A stretch of DNA of 64,000 nt from Balanoglossus misakiensis (Eukaryota; Animalia; Hemichordata). The notes beneath the pieces were generated by a model that saw only the letters and a program-made list of their open reading frames with translations, made no database searches and was not told the origin of the DNA. Position numbers and translations under genes: made by a program. Positions 37,702 to 50,912 of this stretch are shown piece after piece (positions within the stretch are counted from its first letter, which is position 1; each line of letters opens with the position of its first letter). The stretch is taken from contig CM082597.2 of assembly GCA_040954595.2 (NCBI GenBank), positions 6,473,849 to 6,537,848 on the forward strand, given 5' to 3'.

Positions 37702-39663
37702 TCACTGTGCAAAGACTTTGAGGCAGTCGTTGCCCCAGTCAGCAACCACTACTTCCATGTCATCTGTCACAGCCACACCACTTGGCTCATTTAACCCATC
37801 CTCAGCTTTATCAATGCGACAGATGAATTTACCTCTGTTGTCAAATTTCTGCACATTCTTGTTTCCCTTGATACAGACATACAGATATCCTGCTTTATCA
37901 GCCACTATTCCTTCTGGCCAATAAAGCTTACCATCACCTTCACCAACATCTCCAAATGCAAACAGGAACTCACCATCTGCATTAAATGCTTGAATGCGAT
38001 TGTTGTTCATGTCTGATACAAACACTACTCCACAACTGTCAACAGTCAAGAAGTCCGGCCCTCTGAACTGTCCCTGTCCTGTGCCAAAACTACCAAATGA
38101 TTTGATGTACTGACAATCATGTGACGTGTATTTCCTGATGCAGTGACCCTCTTTGTCTGTGTCAGCATTGGCCTTTCCATCCCAATCACTCACATACACA
38201 CTTCCATCTACAGGACTAATAGCAAGGCGGGCAGGATTCTTGACTTCTTTCCCAAAGCATTTGATCAGAGACCCATTCTCATCACTCACAACTATTTGTT
38301 TGTTATACTTATCTGTCATGAAGTATTCATCATCAGCTGATATTGCGACATCGAAGGGTGTGAAAGGCTGTGCAAACTGAGTGAATGTGAAACTTGATTT
38401 GTATTTCCCATCCCTGTCAGTGATTTGTACTCTTTTGTTACCAGCATCAGTGGTGACAAAGTTTCTGTGTCTGTTAATACTGATACCTTCAGGGCCATTG
38501 AACTGCCCACCTTTGTTACCTTGACATCCAATGGTCTTCACCAAGCCTTTCTTTGTCTCTACTGACACTGAATCTTCACGAAGCAATCCCACTATTCCTC
38601 CATCTTTGGTCTCCTCAGCTGGCTGGAATTTCACGATGTCCACTTTGGCATCAATTTCTGTCTCCATGGAGATAATTTCCTCCATGTGATGTATTGTCTC
38701 CTGCTTGGTGGCCATGATCTGGGCTGGTGTCCCATGATGCATCAGTGTCTCTATGTAGCAGCGTTGGCTTGCAATGTTGCCATGTTTCAGTTCCCACTCA
38801 TCTATTAGAGCCTCCGTCTGCTTTACTCTCTGTCCATATTTTGTCTGCAGCTCTTTAATCAACTGTTTCTCCTCCCTCTGTGCCTTCTGTATGACCTTTG
38901 CTGTTTTCTGTCTCACTTTCTGTTCTTCCTCCTGGCATTCGACCATCAGTTTCTGTCTCATCAGTTTGGCATCTGTTTTGCTTCTCTCTGCTCCCAGTTC
39001 TTTTTCGGTCACCTGACACAGCAGATCTCTCAACTGTTTGGTGTAGTCATTTGCAGCATCTTGCAGATCTGTGTTGGTGTGTTTGTTGTGTTTGGTAACA
39101 GCACAAGCCGTGCATGCAGAAACCATACAGGTCTCACAGTAGACTTCCACCACATTTTCAGGATGGACACTGCAGAAGACTTTTTGTTGCTTCAGGAGAG
39201 TTGACGATTCTGTATTTTTGTATTCATCCAGTGTCATGACCTTGTGACCTTTCATAAATTTTCTGTGCGGTTTAGTGCAGGAATCACACATATTCACACT
39301 GCAGTCGATGCAATAGTGAGTTCCATCATTTTCCTCGCATCCGTTGCACACAGAAGGCTTTGAGTCACTCTCTGTTGGACGCTTTTTCAGATAAAGATCT
39401 GTCAACGAGTTGATGAAAAAGTTGACTTTCAGTTCAGTCACACCCCCACCAGGAAGCTGACATGGCGTACTGCATGTTGGGCAGTTCAGCTTACCTTTCT
39501 TTGTCACCAGTGTTGTCAGACACGACTCACAGAATGAATGGTCACATGGCAAGACTTTGGGTTTCTTGAACAGTTCCAGACAGATCGCACAGGAGAGGAA
39601 ATCCTCACCAAGCTCGTTCAGAACTTTGTCTAACTCGGAACCTCCAGGATATGCTGCAGCCAT
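37702..39663 (-). CDS. TRIM-NHL copy 4, 653 aa
   Basis: Intact ORF with the same architecture. ATG at 39663. Confidence 0.96.
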   Translation of the reverse strand: MAAAYPGGSELDKVLNELGEDFLSCAICLELFKKPKVLPCDHSFCESCLTTLVTKKGKLNCPTCSTPCQLPGGGVTELKVNFFINSLTDLYLKKRPTESDSKPSVCNGCEENDGTHYCIDCSVNMCDSCTKPHRKFMKGHKVMTLDEYKNTESSTLLKQQKVFCSVHPENVVEVYCETCMVSACTACAVTKHNKHTNTDLQDAANDYTKQLRDLLCQVTEKELGAERSKTDAKLMRQKLMVECQEEEQKVRQKTAKVIQKAQREEKQLIKELQTKYGQRVKQTEALIDEWELKHGNIASQRCYIETLMHHGTPAQIMATKQETIHHMEEIISMETEIDAKVDIVKFQPAEETKDGGIVGLLREDSVSVETKKGLVKTIGCQGNKGGQFNGPEGISINRHRNFVTTDAGNKRVQITDRDGKYKSSFTFTQFAQPFTPFDVAISADDEYFMTDKYNKQIVVSDENGSLIKCFGKEVKNPARLAISPVDGSVYVSDWDGKANADTDKEGHCIRKYTSHDCQYIKSFGSFGTGQGQFRGPDFLTVDSCGVVFVSDMNNNRIQAFNADGEFLFAFGDVGEGDGKLYWPEGIVADKAGYLYVCIKGNKNVQKFDNRGKFICRIDKAEDGLNEPSGVAVTDDMEVVVADWGNDCLKVFAQ

Positions 39664-40020
39664 CTTTGCAGCTCGAGTCAAAATGCTTGTAATCACATAG
39701 CAACACACTGTTCAGTATAGTGTCATTAATTTTGACTGAGTTATGGGGTTTATAAAAACTTGGCAAGCCACCAAAGTCACATGATAAAATTGAATTCAGT
39801 GATTCAGCAAATACCAGGGTCTACCTAGTACCGGCTGAGTACCTGAGAGTTGAGGTCAAAAGGTCAAACTTGAACACAATGAATCACTGAGAAGAGAATG
39901 AATGTAAACTTTGAACGAGTACAGTTGACAAATACCGATATATTGAACTGAAAGTAGGACATGTCATCACATTATACCACCGTCCCAAATTTCTTGGTAC
40001 TCATTAGACATTGTGATCTG

Positions 40021-41164
40021 TTTGTCTCTTCTTGTATTTTCACAAATCTTTGCAAACATTCATTGCATATTATTTGTCTCTTCTTGTATTTTCACAAATC
40101 TTTGCAAACATTCATTGCAAATAATTTGTCTCTTCTTGTATTTTCACAAATCTGTGCAAACATTCATTGCAAATTATTTGTCTCTTCTTGTATTTTCACA
40201 AATCTGTGCAAACATTCATTGCAAATTATTTGTCTCTTCTTGTATTTTCACAAATCTTTGCAAACATTCATTGCAAATTATTTGTCTCTTCTTGTATTTT
40301 CACAAATCTTTGCAAACATTCATTGCAAATTATTTGTCTCTTCTTGTATTTTCACAAATCTTTGCAAACATTCATTGCAAATTATTTGTCTCTTCTTGTA
40401 TTTTCACAAATCTTTGCAAACAATCATGGCAAATTATTTGTCTCTTCTTGTATTTTCACAAATCTTTGCAAACATTCATTGCAAATTATTTGTCTCTTCT
40501 TGTATTTTCACAAATCTTTGCAAACATTCATTGCAAATTATTTGTCTCTTCTTGTATTTTCACAAATCTTTGCAAACATTCATTGCAAATTATTTGTCTC
40601 TTCTTGTATTTTCACAAATCTTTGCAAACATTCATTGCAAATTATTTGTCTCTTCTTGTATTTTCACAAATCTTTGCAAACATTCATTGCAAATTATTTG
40701 TCTCTTCTTGTATTTTCACAAATCTTTGCAAACAATCATGGCAAATTATTTGTCTCTTCTTGTATTTTCACAAATCTTTGCAAACATTCATTGCAAATTA
40801 TTTGTCTCTTCTTGTATTTTCACAAATCTTTGCAAACATTCATTGCAAATTATTTGTCTCTTCTTGTATTTTCACAAATCTTTGCAAACATTCATTGCAA
40901 ATTATTTGTCTCTTCTTGTATTTTCACAAATCTTTGCAAACATTCATTGCAAATTATTTGTCTCTTCTTGTATTTTCACAAATCTTTGCAAACATTCATT
41001 GCAAATTATTTGTCTCTTCTTGTATTTTCACAAATCTTTGCAAACATTCATTGCAAATTATTTGTCTCTTCTTGTATTTTCACAAATCTTTGCAAACATT
41101 CATTGCAAATTATTTGTCTCTTCTTGTATTTTCACAAATCTTTGCAAACATTCATTGCAAATTA
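40021..41164. repeat. 52-bp minisatellite, 22 copies
   Basis: 1144 bp = 22 x 52. Confidence 0.96.
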
Positions 41165-42072
41165 TAAACATACACATTGTGTCTGCATGAAAGTTCCATC
41201 TTTGGCAACCAATTTCCCAATACAGAATTTGTGTGAGGAACCATATTTCATCCTGATGGAAGATATTATACCAATAGTGAAATGTGAATTTTTTTTCTTG
41301 ATAACAACTTGGTGGCAACTGACAGTGTTACCATAGCAACACTACAAAAACATCAGACCATATTATTTTTTTTGCTGCTTGTATATGAAATTAAGTTTCA
41401 TTTCATTTGGCTTCATTTCCTAGATAAACAGTTTTTGATTTAACTGTCAGTCAGCAATTTCTATTCACTTCTTATCTCGGCTAGTACAGCTGTTTTTAAA
41501 CTGGCTGGGGTGTTGAATCCACCCACAAGTTGAGGTCAAAAGTTCTGGAAGTAACACAATGGACAATTCTTTACACAAAGATAACAGTTGCAAACTTTGA
41601 CAGAGAATGAAAGAGTCGGCCTATATTGCAGGTTACTGTGTGAGTCAGTGGCTGATTGTATGATAACAATTCTTTCTACACTTTGTGTGGAATAAATCTG
41701 TTGTATTGCTTCTTAGGGGAGATTAACCATTTGATTTCTGGGGGTGGGGATTTGGTATGCCAGCAAATTTGTTTTGTTCACAGTTAGAACAATTACATTG
41801 TATTAGGACCCATATCATGTATATTGCATGTTACTGTGTGAGTCAGTGGCTGATTGTATGATACAGTCTGCACGATAACCCCTCGATTAGGGCGTGTCTG
41901 GTACCAGTGATTTGATTGGCTGTTATCGAGTTATTGGCATGTTCGTCATAGTCTGACAAACCATTTTTTACATGAGTAGGGGCAAACTTTCACGCGTCAA
42001 AATCAATTATTTTTTTTACATTGCGTGAACAGTTTCTATCATAAATTGATATTTTTTGTAAACTTTATGCGC

Positions 42073-42434
42073 AAACTAATTATTTTCGCAATGATTTGTG
42101 AATGCTGACAACCTCTGTACACATATCAACCCATGCGCTTAATTTTGCCTACCCTCCACACAAATGGTTTACACTTCTGCCAAATTCATGTCAACACGAA
42201 GTGTCCGGCACAGAGTGTGAATGAAAATAGATAGGGCGAATTTCAAGGACTGTAAACTAATTATTTTCGCAATGATTTTCGAATGCTGACAACCTCTGTA
42301 CGCATATCAACCCATGCGTTTAATTTTGCCTACCCTAAACACAAATGGTTTACACTTCTGCCAAATTCATGTCAACATGAAGTGTCCGGCACAGAGTGTG
42401 AATGAAAATAGATATTGCGAATTTCAAGGACTGT
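42073..42434. repeat. 181-bp tandem repeat, 2 copies
   Basis: Starts at 42073 and 42254. Confidence 0.92.
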
Positions 42435-44580
42435 TGTCCTCGCACTGACCCACTTTCTGAAAAAAAATTTTTTTATTTTTTTTTTCTATTTGGCGTGGTC
42501 TTGCCATGAATTGAAAGAAATGACTGTGAACCAGATTTGAATAGGTTCCTCAAATAACCACCATATGCATACATACTGAATTTTTAGAACATGTAATTTT
42601 TATCCTCAGTGGTTTACATGGAACACCATAGATATGACACCAAGAGAATTATCTATCAAAACTAATTAACTTTCCAATGAAGAAAAACGAATGGAGAGAA
42701 AATAAAACGCTGAGTAGGAACTAGCCTAGACAAAAATGTCTAATTTGTAACCGCGCACACTTGTCGATCGATCGTATACAACAGCGGCTGTGGACCCGGT
42801 TCTGGAGGCTCAGATAAAAAACACGGCCCTAACACGCAGAGTTACGACTGATCTGTGATTAAAAAACATGCATTGTCATACGTTTACCTCTAAATTCAAC
42901 CCGAACTAAAGTACAATTAGCTAAGAACACCGAGGAGATACTTCCGTATTAGTCTGCCTCACATGAATGAGCAAATGATCTACCGTACACAGACGCTCAT
43001 TATGCATAACCTGTCAGCCTTTCAACCAATAGACGCAGCTCTGTGGTATCACATGACATTATTAATGAGTTGATCTGCACACGTGAGAATTTCCCGCCAT
43101 GTCACCAGACTTGACATTTACGCCCATTTTTTTACCATATTGGGGCATATCTGACGATGCAAAACTTTAAGGGGAGTGACAAATGACATGCTGCGTTCAA
43201 TAAAATAAAACTGGATTGGACAATGCGGCGCTAAATGCTCACATGACCGAAATCCGGCGTGTGTCAATCAATGGTTTTCTATGCATGTCTTCAAACTCGC
43301 GCGTTTCAAAACAAAATCTGGGTAGGTGGCAAACCGAGAGAGTTGCATTTTGAAGCTGAAAGATCCCTGGAGTAAACCATGTCTGGGTGTAGGGGTTTGC
43401 ACTCTCCTAATGGCTCATACGTTCGAATAAAATGGACTCGAAAATAATAGCATTTTCTATCGTTTTCCTCATATTTATATTATACTACGGGCACATCTTA
43501 CCATTTGACTGAACAATTGACTATTTTGGAATGAAAGGTCATATCAGAAGGGCGTATTTTTCATACAAGATTGCCGATATGATTTTTAGACCAAAAAGTA
43601 CAACATATCAAAGAGAGGCCTGTCAATCCCCCGGAAAATGCACTCTCTATTTGGTCATGCGGTGAGGACTCCTACAGAACGGGCAGTATCGTAGGACCCG
43701 CTTACCGGGACAGACCATGACTTCCCGAACATGATAGTTGCAGCTTTTTTTGCACAGAGTTGACGCCAAGACCAAGATTTTGCCCTTAAATCTTGGTCTT
43801 GGCGATACAGAATTTGTGTGAGGAACCATATTTCATCATGATGGATGGTTTTATACCAATAGTGAAATGTGATTTTTTTTCTTAAAGACAACTTGGTGGC
43901 AACTGTCAGTGTTACTATAGCAACACTACAAAAACATCAGATAATATATAATTATATTTTTTACTGCTTGTATATGAATTAAGTATCATTTCATTTGGCT
44001 TCATTTCCTAGATAAACAGTTTTTGATTTAACTGTCAGTCAGCAATTTCTATTCACTTCTTATCTCGGCTAGTACAGCTGTTTTTAAACTGGCTGGGGTG
44101 TTGAATCCACCCACAAGTTGAGGTCAAAAGTTCTGGAAGTAACACAATGGACAATTCTTGACACAAAGATAACAGTTGCAAACTTTGACAGAGAATGAAA
44201 GAGTTGGCCTATATTGCAGGTTACTGTGTGAGTCACTTAAATTTTGAAATCCAAAGGGGGGGGGGGTGGGAGTCACTTACCTTTGCCACTGAACTTTTGC
44301 TTTTGAGTCCCTAAAATTGCAGTTTCGCGCCTTTTATTTAACAAAATGTTCTAATGTGGGAGGGGGACACACCCACTCACCCACACCCACCCCCTCTGTT
44401 CTTCTCCACATTACATGTATTGGCTGGTTTGTCTATTGTACCAGGGCAGTGTACTTTCCACCCCACCCCCACCGATGCGTACTTTGAATGGAGTGGCAAA
44501 CGTTTCTGGTTTCTTTCAGAAATTTTATTTTATAATTGAGGTGTGAGGAGCCCCTTTCCCTTAATTGCATACGGTGTACA

Positions 44581-44735
44581 TAAGATCAGGACGGCGAATG
44601 TTTTCAGGGTGGGGGGGGGGGGGCATCATTTTTTGGTCCTGGGTAAAAGGGGGGGGGGGGGGTCTGCCTGATTTTGAAAACCGATGACAAAAACTTGCTG
44701 CCCCCCTCCCCCAGCCGTAAAAACTGAACGGTCCC
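44581..44735. mobile_element. Single terminus of a G-rich MITE, possibly PIF/Harbinger-like, in a unit-specific segment
   Basis: Ends ...aaaactgaacggtccc|tta where array homology resumes. Only one end is seen and the left boundary is uncertain. Confidence 0.35.
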
Positions 44736-44921
44736 TTATGTCTGCTCCCCAGGAAGTTAATTTCAAATTTTGTCCTTTGGACTGAAGATTCAATTGTCTC
44801 ATGTGATTGCAAAATACAATCACAGTCACTCCAAAAGTGTTAATTCTCTAGTAACTCCAACTTTCAAGTTTTAACTGGGGTTTCTTATAAAAAATAAACA
44901 TATGAAACATAATAGAATTAT

Positions 44922-47085
44922 GAAAACCTGTTTATTCACCACATCAATTTTGCACAACAAATGTATCAGCTGTTAGTCCACACAAACTAAACATGATTAC
45001 AGTGTATTCTTGGTTATTTAAAAAAAATTGAATTATTTCACCAAAAATTGTGGTCCACTAACAAATTTATGTCAAGGCCACTGTTGACCTGATAATAAAC
45101 CCCTCATCAAGAAATATACAGGAATTTAAACTGGTTACAAAAAATTTTTGCAAGCTGTTTGGTCGTCAATTAAAGTTAAGTTGTCCAATGTTCATGTGAT
45201 AAGTACTGAAGTCAACAGAAATAGTGTCTTGGTGATTACATTAACATACAATAGGTCTCAAATCAGTCAACCAAACAACTCAGTAATGTTCATTGTCCAG
45301 ATTTGTGAGTTATTAGTGTCCATCGATCGTCAACCAAATAATCAATAATTTGCATGTTTGTTGTCCAGATTATATATAAAGTTATAAATGTATATCGTCA
45401 AAAACAAAGTCAAGAGAAATAAAGTGAGGACAACACGTTGCAAATAATGAATTCTATGGTTTCCTGTAAAATGAAAAAAAGTTGTTGAAACAGGAAATTC
45501 TGATTAAATTTCATGAAAGTAGAAAACCACTGATAACAGTCAACACATTACATGTAATCTCAAAAACTAAAGCTCAAAAACTAAAATGGATTAAAAAACA
45601 GTATCTACACACATTAGGATCTGAAGAGGCTAAGTTGTTTTAACCCTTTCTCCACCATGGTTTGGTCTTACTCCATTGTTCTCCAATGGTAGTGTTGGAC
45701 CTTTACACAGTGAAATGGGGGTGGAAGGGTTTTAAGGAAGTACTCTAAATTGTAGTAAAGAAAATCTGAAAACATATTTTGAAATTATTTATCAACAGAC
45801 ATATTTATAACACTCAGCTATGAATTCATCATTCATCTACGTGTGATAACATTGTTCAACGAAAAATAACATGGTGGAAATGTTCAATAAATGTAGTGAT
45901 CTAAAAAACACTGGTCATGTCATATAGCTGAATTATAAACTGTTCTTTAAAAAAACATGAAAAATCAAGAAAAAAGTTGTCTGTTTACATCAAAATATCA
46001 AAGAAAACCTGTTTATTCACCACATCAATTTTGCACAACAAATGTATCAGCTGTTAGTCCACACAAACTAAACATGATTACAATGTATTCTTGGTTATTT
46101 AAAAAAAATACTGAATGATTTCACAAAAAATTGTGGTCCACTGACAAATTTATGTCAAGGCCACTGTTGACCTGATAATAAACCCCTCATCAAGAAATCT
46201 ACAGGAATTTAAACTGGTTACAAAAAAATGTTGCTAGCTGTTTGGTCATAAAATAAAGTTAAGTGGTCGAATGTTCATGTGATAAGTACTGAAGTCGACA
46301 GAAACACAGTGTCTTGGTGATTATACTAACATACAATAGGTCTCAAAACAGTCAACCAAACAACTCAGTAATGTTCATTGTCCAGATTTGTGAGTTATTA
46401 GTGTCCATCGATCGTCAACCAAATAATCAATAATTTGCATGTTTGTTGTCCAGATTATTTATGAGAGTTATAAGTGTTATCGTCAAAAACAAAGTCAAGA
46501 AAAATAAAGTGAGTAAAACACGTTGCAAATAATGAATTCTATGGTTTCCTGTAATATGACAAAAAGTTGTTAAAACAGGAAAATTTGATTAAAGTTCATG
46601 AAAGTAGAAAACCACTGATTACAGTCAACACATTACATGTAATCTCAAAAACTAAAGCTCAAAAACTAAAATGGATTAAAAAACAGTACCATACACACAT
46701 TAGGATCTGAAGAGGCTAAGTTGTATTAACCCTTTCTCCACCATGGTTTGGTCTAATTCCATTGTTCTCCAATGGTAGTGTTGGACCTTTACACAGTGAA
46801 ATGGGGGTGAAAGGGTTAAGGAAGTACTCTGAATTGTAGTAAAGAAAATCTGAAAATATATTTTGAAATTATTTATCAACAGACATATTTATAACACTCA
46901 GCTATGAATTCATCATTCATCTAAGTGTGATAACATTGTTCCACAAAAAATAACATGGTGGAAAAGTTCAATAAATGTAGTGGACTAAAAAATCACTGGT
47001 CCTGTTATAGAGCTGAATTCTACATGTGTCTTTAAAAACATTAGAAATAAAGAAAAAAGTTGTCTGTTTACATCAAAATATCAAA
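44922..47085. repeat. About 1.08-kb tandem duplication of the distal 3' flank of copy 5
   Basis: The block starts at 44922 and again at 46003. The junction (catcaaaatatcaaagaaaa) is the same as in copy 3. Confidence 0.9.
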
Positions 47086-48959
47086 GACTTAGTGACACTG
47101 AATAAAATTGAAGATTGATGTCCAGAACTGACAGATACGAGTGAATGTTCAGATGTTTCTTTGTTGATCTGTTGTGACATAAAATTTTTGTGTTAAAGCC
47201 CCAGTAATGCTTATGTTTGGAATTTTTTTTCTGTTATTTTCTCTCATGCATCAAATCCAGTTTCTTGTTCTTCTCTGGAGAGCTTTATGAAATGTTCATT
47301 TTTTAGCTTCTCAACAAAGACTGTATATGAGTAACAGCCACTGTTATTGTCGACAAATGAATTGATGTCTTGACTTTTATTCATATTTCAACAATAACAA
47401 TGCTGATTACTACAAAATAGCTGTTTTGAAAAACCCAAAACTGAGAAATTATTTATGTCTCACAGAGAAGAACAAGAAGCCACAGTTGATACTGAAAACA
47501 ATAATATTGAGAAGATAGCCCAAAGTTGGAAGTTACTGGGGTTTTAATTGTTTTGTGATACCTGTCCTGATTTCGGTCTGACCCCAACTGGGTGTAGTCA
47601 GATTTGTGTCGGTGAACAGTCATTGTAGATTTTTTTACAGACAAAAATTGTACAGTAACAAGGAGGTCATGACATACTCAATAAACAACATGTTATCAGT
47701 GTCACCTTGGCATCAGTGGAATTGTTAGTCAGTTAACTGTTAATGTAGCAATTGGACAACAGATATACTTTGCATTAATTATGAACCATGTAAATGTTCA
47801 TAATATGTTACAGACAAAATGCAAAACTCTTAATAACTTTGTAAAAAGTTTTTTTTTGCTGCCACTGTTGACTGCGACATAGTCCCTTCATGAAATACAA
47901 ATCTTTTCAAAGATACTTGTAAACCTAAAAACCCACACCACAAAACTGTTTTACGTAATTTTGGTTATACTCAGAACCCCAAAGTTCAAAGTCTCTATCT
48001 GTAGTTCAATAAAAAAAATATCAGCTGATGTGAATACTGTTTGATTTGCATGTCCCCCCTTTGGAAAGATTTGTCATGTCAGGAAAAAAAGTACAAGTTT
48101 GCTGCCATCTTTCCAATCAGGCTGACATGGACACAAGTGGGTAAAACATTTCCTCCTTCAAATCTGGGGGTTCTCTCATAAGAATCCAAGAGATGTCTCT
48201 TTTGGGAGAAATCTGTCTATTCCAACAGAAATGTCAACTATAGTTGTGAGAGTATTGTATGCACATGGTCTCTGCAGAAGAATAGGAACCTCAGGCAACC
48301 AGTTTGCCGTCATAAGTCATTCTACAGTTGGTTTCATGTGCGTGACTTCTGATGCAATCTGAAGTTGAGCGATACATTAGTCATCATCTCAAGTTTTTTT
48401 TGTGACAGCAAGTGTCTGCTTGTTTTGTTGTTGTTTTTATCAACTGCAGTTTGTTGTTGAAACCTCTACAGCATATGATGAAATGTTCAGCCTATATGTG
48501 TACAGATAGCATTATTATTGCTGAAAATTGAATTGAATTCAATTCCTTGATCAACAATAATAATGATGCACATGTCTAGGTTCTTTCAACAAACTGAACA
48601 GTGGCCATGTTAGAATGGTACTTTAGTGTGGAATAAGAACTCTAGTTCATATTTACAGACAGAAATATTGAACAAAACAAATAGTGGGCCTTAATCTACA
48701 AACCAATGTGTCTGCCATCACCTTCACATGTAAGCCTTATTTCAGTGAAATACAGTAAAATCTGTCTAAACCAAACTCAGTCTGATCGGGAAACCTGTCT
48801 ATACCGAACACTCTTTCCAGTGCCCTTCACATAAAACCACATGTTGAAAGACCCTCTGTAAACCAGACAACTCTGCAAAGCGAACAATATTCTCACTCCC
48901 TTTGGTGTCTGGTTTATAGACAGGTTTCACTACAGTTGATACATTGAGATGTGACACAT

Positions 48960-50912
48960 TCACTGTGCAAAGACTTTGAGGCAGTCGTTGCCCCAGTCAG
49001 CAACCACTACTTCCATGTCATCTGTCACAGCGACACCTTGTGGTTCATTTAACCCATCCTCAGCTTTATCAATGCGACAGATGAATTTACCTCTGTTGTC
49101 AAATTTCTGCACCTTCTTGTCATCACAGACATATAGATATCCTGCTTTATCAGCCACTATTCCTATTGGCCAATAAATCTTACCATCACCTTCACCAACA
49201 TCTCCAAATGCAAACATGAACTCACCATCTCCATTAAATGCTTGAATGCGATGGTTGTTCTTGTCTGATACAAACACTACTCCACAACTGTCAACAGTCA
49301 AGAACTCAGGCCCTCTGAACTGTCCCTGTCCTGTGCCCAAACTCCCAAATGATTTGATGTACTGACAATCATGTGTGTATTTCCTGATGCAGTTACCCTC
49401 TTTGTCTGTGTCAGCACTGGGCTTTCCATCCCAATCACTCACATACACACTTCCATCTACAGGACTAATAGCAAGGCGGGCAGGATTCTTGACTTCTTTC
49501 CCAAAGCATTTGATCAGAGACCCATTCTCATCACTCACAACTATTTGTTTGTTATACTTATCTGTCATGAAGTATTCATCATCAGCTGATATTGCGACAT
49601 CGGAGGGTGTGAAAGGCTGTGCAAACTGAGTGAATGTGAAACTTGATTTGTATTTCCCATCCCTGTCAGTGATTTGTACTCTCTTGTTGCTAATATCAGC
49701 AGTGACAAAGTTTCCGTGTCTGTTAATACTGATACCATGAGGGCCTGAGAACTGCCCACCTTTGTTACCTTGACATCCAATGGTCTTCACCAAGCCTTTC
49801 TTTGTCTCTACTGACACTGAATCTTCACGAAGCATTCCCAGCATTCCTCCATCTTTAGTCTCCTCAGCTGGCTGGAATTTCACCATGTCCACTCTGGCAT
49901 CAATTTCTGTCTCCATGGAGATAATTTCCTCCATGTGATGTATTGTCTCCTGCTTGGTGGCCATGATCTGGGCTGGTGTCCCATGATGCATCAGTGTTTC
50001 TATGTAGCAGCGTTGGCTTGCAATGTTGCCATGTTTCAGTTCCCATTCATCTATTAGAGCCTCCGTCTGCTTTACTCTCTGTCCATATTTTGTCTGCAGC
50101 TCTTTAATCAACTGTTTCTCCTCCCTCTGTGCCTTCTGTATGACCTGTGCTGTTTTCTGTCTCACTTTCTGTTCTTCCTCCTGGCATTCGACCATCAGTT
50201 TCTGTCTCATCAGTTTGGCATCTGTTTTGCTTCTCTCTGCTCCCAGTTCTTTTTCTGTCACCTGACACAGCAGATCTCTCAACTGTTTGGTGTAGTCATT
50301 TGCAGCATCTTGCAGATCTGTGTTGGTGTGTTTGTTGTGTTTGGTAACAGCACAAGCCGTGCATGCAGAAACCATACAGGTCTCACAGTAGACTTCGACA
50401 ACATTTTCTGGATGGACACTGCAGAAGACTTTTTGTTGCTTCAGGAGAGTTGACGATTCTGTATTTTTGTATTCTTCCAGTGTCATGACCTTGTGACCTT
50501 TCAGAATTTTTCTGTGCGGTTTAGTGCAGGAATCACACATATTCACACTGCAGTCTATGCAATAGTGAGTTCCTTCATTTTCCTCACAGCCGTTACACAC
50601 AGAAGGCTTTAAGTCTTTCTCTGTAGGACGCTTTTTCAGATAGAGATCGGTCAACGAGTTGATGAAAAAGTTGACTTTCAGTTCAGTCACACCCCCACCA
50701 GGAAGCTGACATGGCGTACTGCATGTTGGGCAGTTCAGCTTACCTTTCTTTGTCACCAGTGTTGTCAGACATGACTCACAGAATGAATGGTCACATGGCA
50801 AGACTTTGGGTTTCTTGAACAGTTCCAGACAGATCGCACAGGAGAGGAAATCCTCACCAAGCTCGTTCAGAACTTTGTCTAACTCGGAACCTCCAGGATA
50901 TGCTGCAGCCAT
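48960..50912 (-). CDS. TRIM-NHL copy 5, 650 aa
   Basis: Intact ORF. ATG at 50912. In-frame deletion in an NHL5 loop (CDDKKVQ). Confidence 0.96.
   Translation of the reverse strand: MAAAYPGGSELDKVLNELGEDFLSCAICLELFKKPKVLPCDHSFCESCLTTLVTKKGKLNCPTCSTPCQLPGGGVTELKVNFFINSLTDLYLKKRPTEKDLKPSVCNGCEENEGTHYCIDCSVNMCDSCTKPHRKILKGHKVMTLEEYKNTESSTLLKQQKVFCSVHPENVVEVYCETCMVSACTACAVTKHNKHTNTDLQDAANDYTKQLRDLLCQVTEKELGAERSKTDAKLMRQKLMVECQEEEQKVRQKTAQVIQKAQREEKQLIKELQTKYGQRVKQTEALIDEWELKHGNIASQRCYIETLMHHGTPAQIMATKQETIHHMEEIISMETEIDARVDMVKFQPAEETKDGGMLGMLREDSVSVETKKGLVKTIGCQGNKGGQFSGPHGISINRHGNFVTADISNKRVQITDRDGKYKSSFTFTQFAQPFTPSDVAISADDEYFMTDKYNKQIVVSDENGSLIKCFGKEVKNPARLAISPVDGSVYVSDWDGKPSADTDKEGNCIRKYTHDCQYIKSFGSLGTGQGQFRGPEFLTVDSCGVVFVSDKNNHRIQAFNGDGEFMFAFGDVGEGDGKIYWPIGIVADKAGYLYVCDDKKVQKFDNRGKFICRIDKAEDGLNEPQGVAVTDDMEVVVADWGNDCLKVFAQ

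Noticed and set aside
40021-41164. CRISPR-like appearance of regular short repeats
   Set aside because: Repeats are head-to-tail with no unique spacers, there are no cas genes, and the context is eukaryotic.
39961-41336. Long + strand ORFs of 384-409 aa (and shorter ones at 10.3, 18.9, 28.3, 51.3 and 59.7 kb)
   Set aside because: Artefacts of the 52-bp minisatellite. The unit has no + strand stop and 52 is not a multiple of 3, so one 52-aa pattern cycles through all frames. Length simply tracks repeat number.
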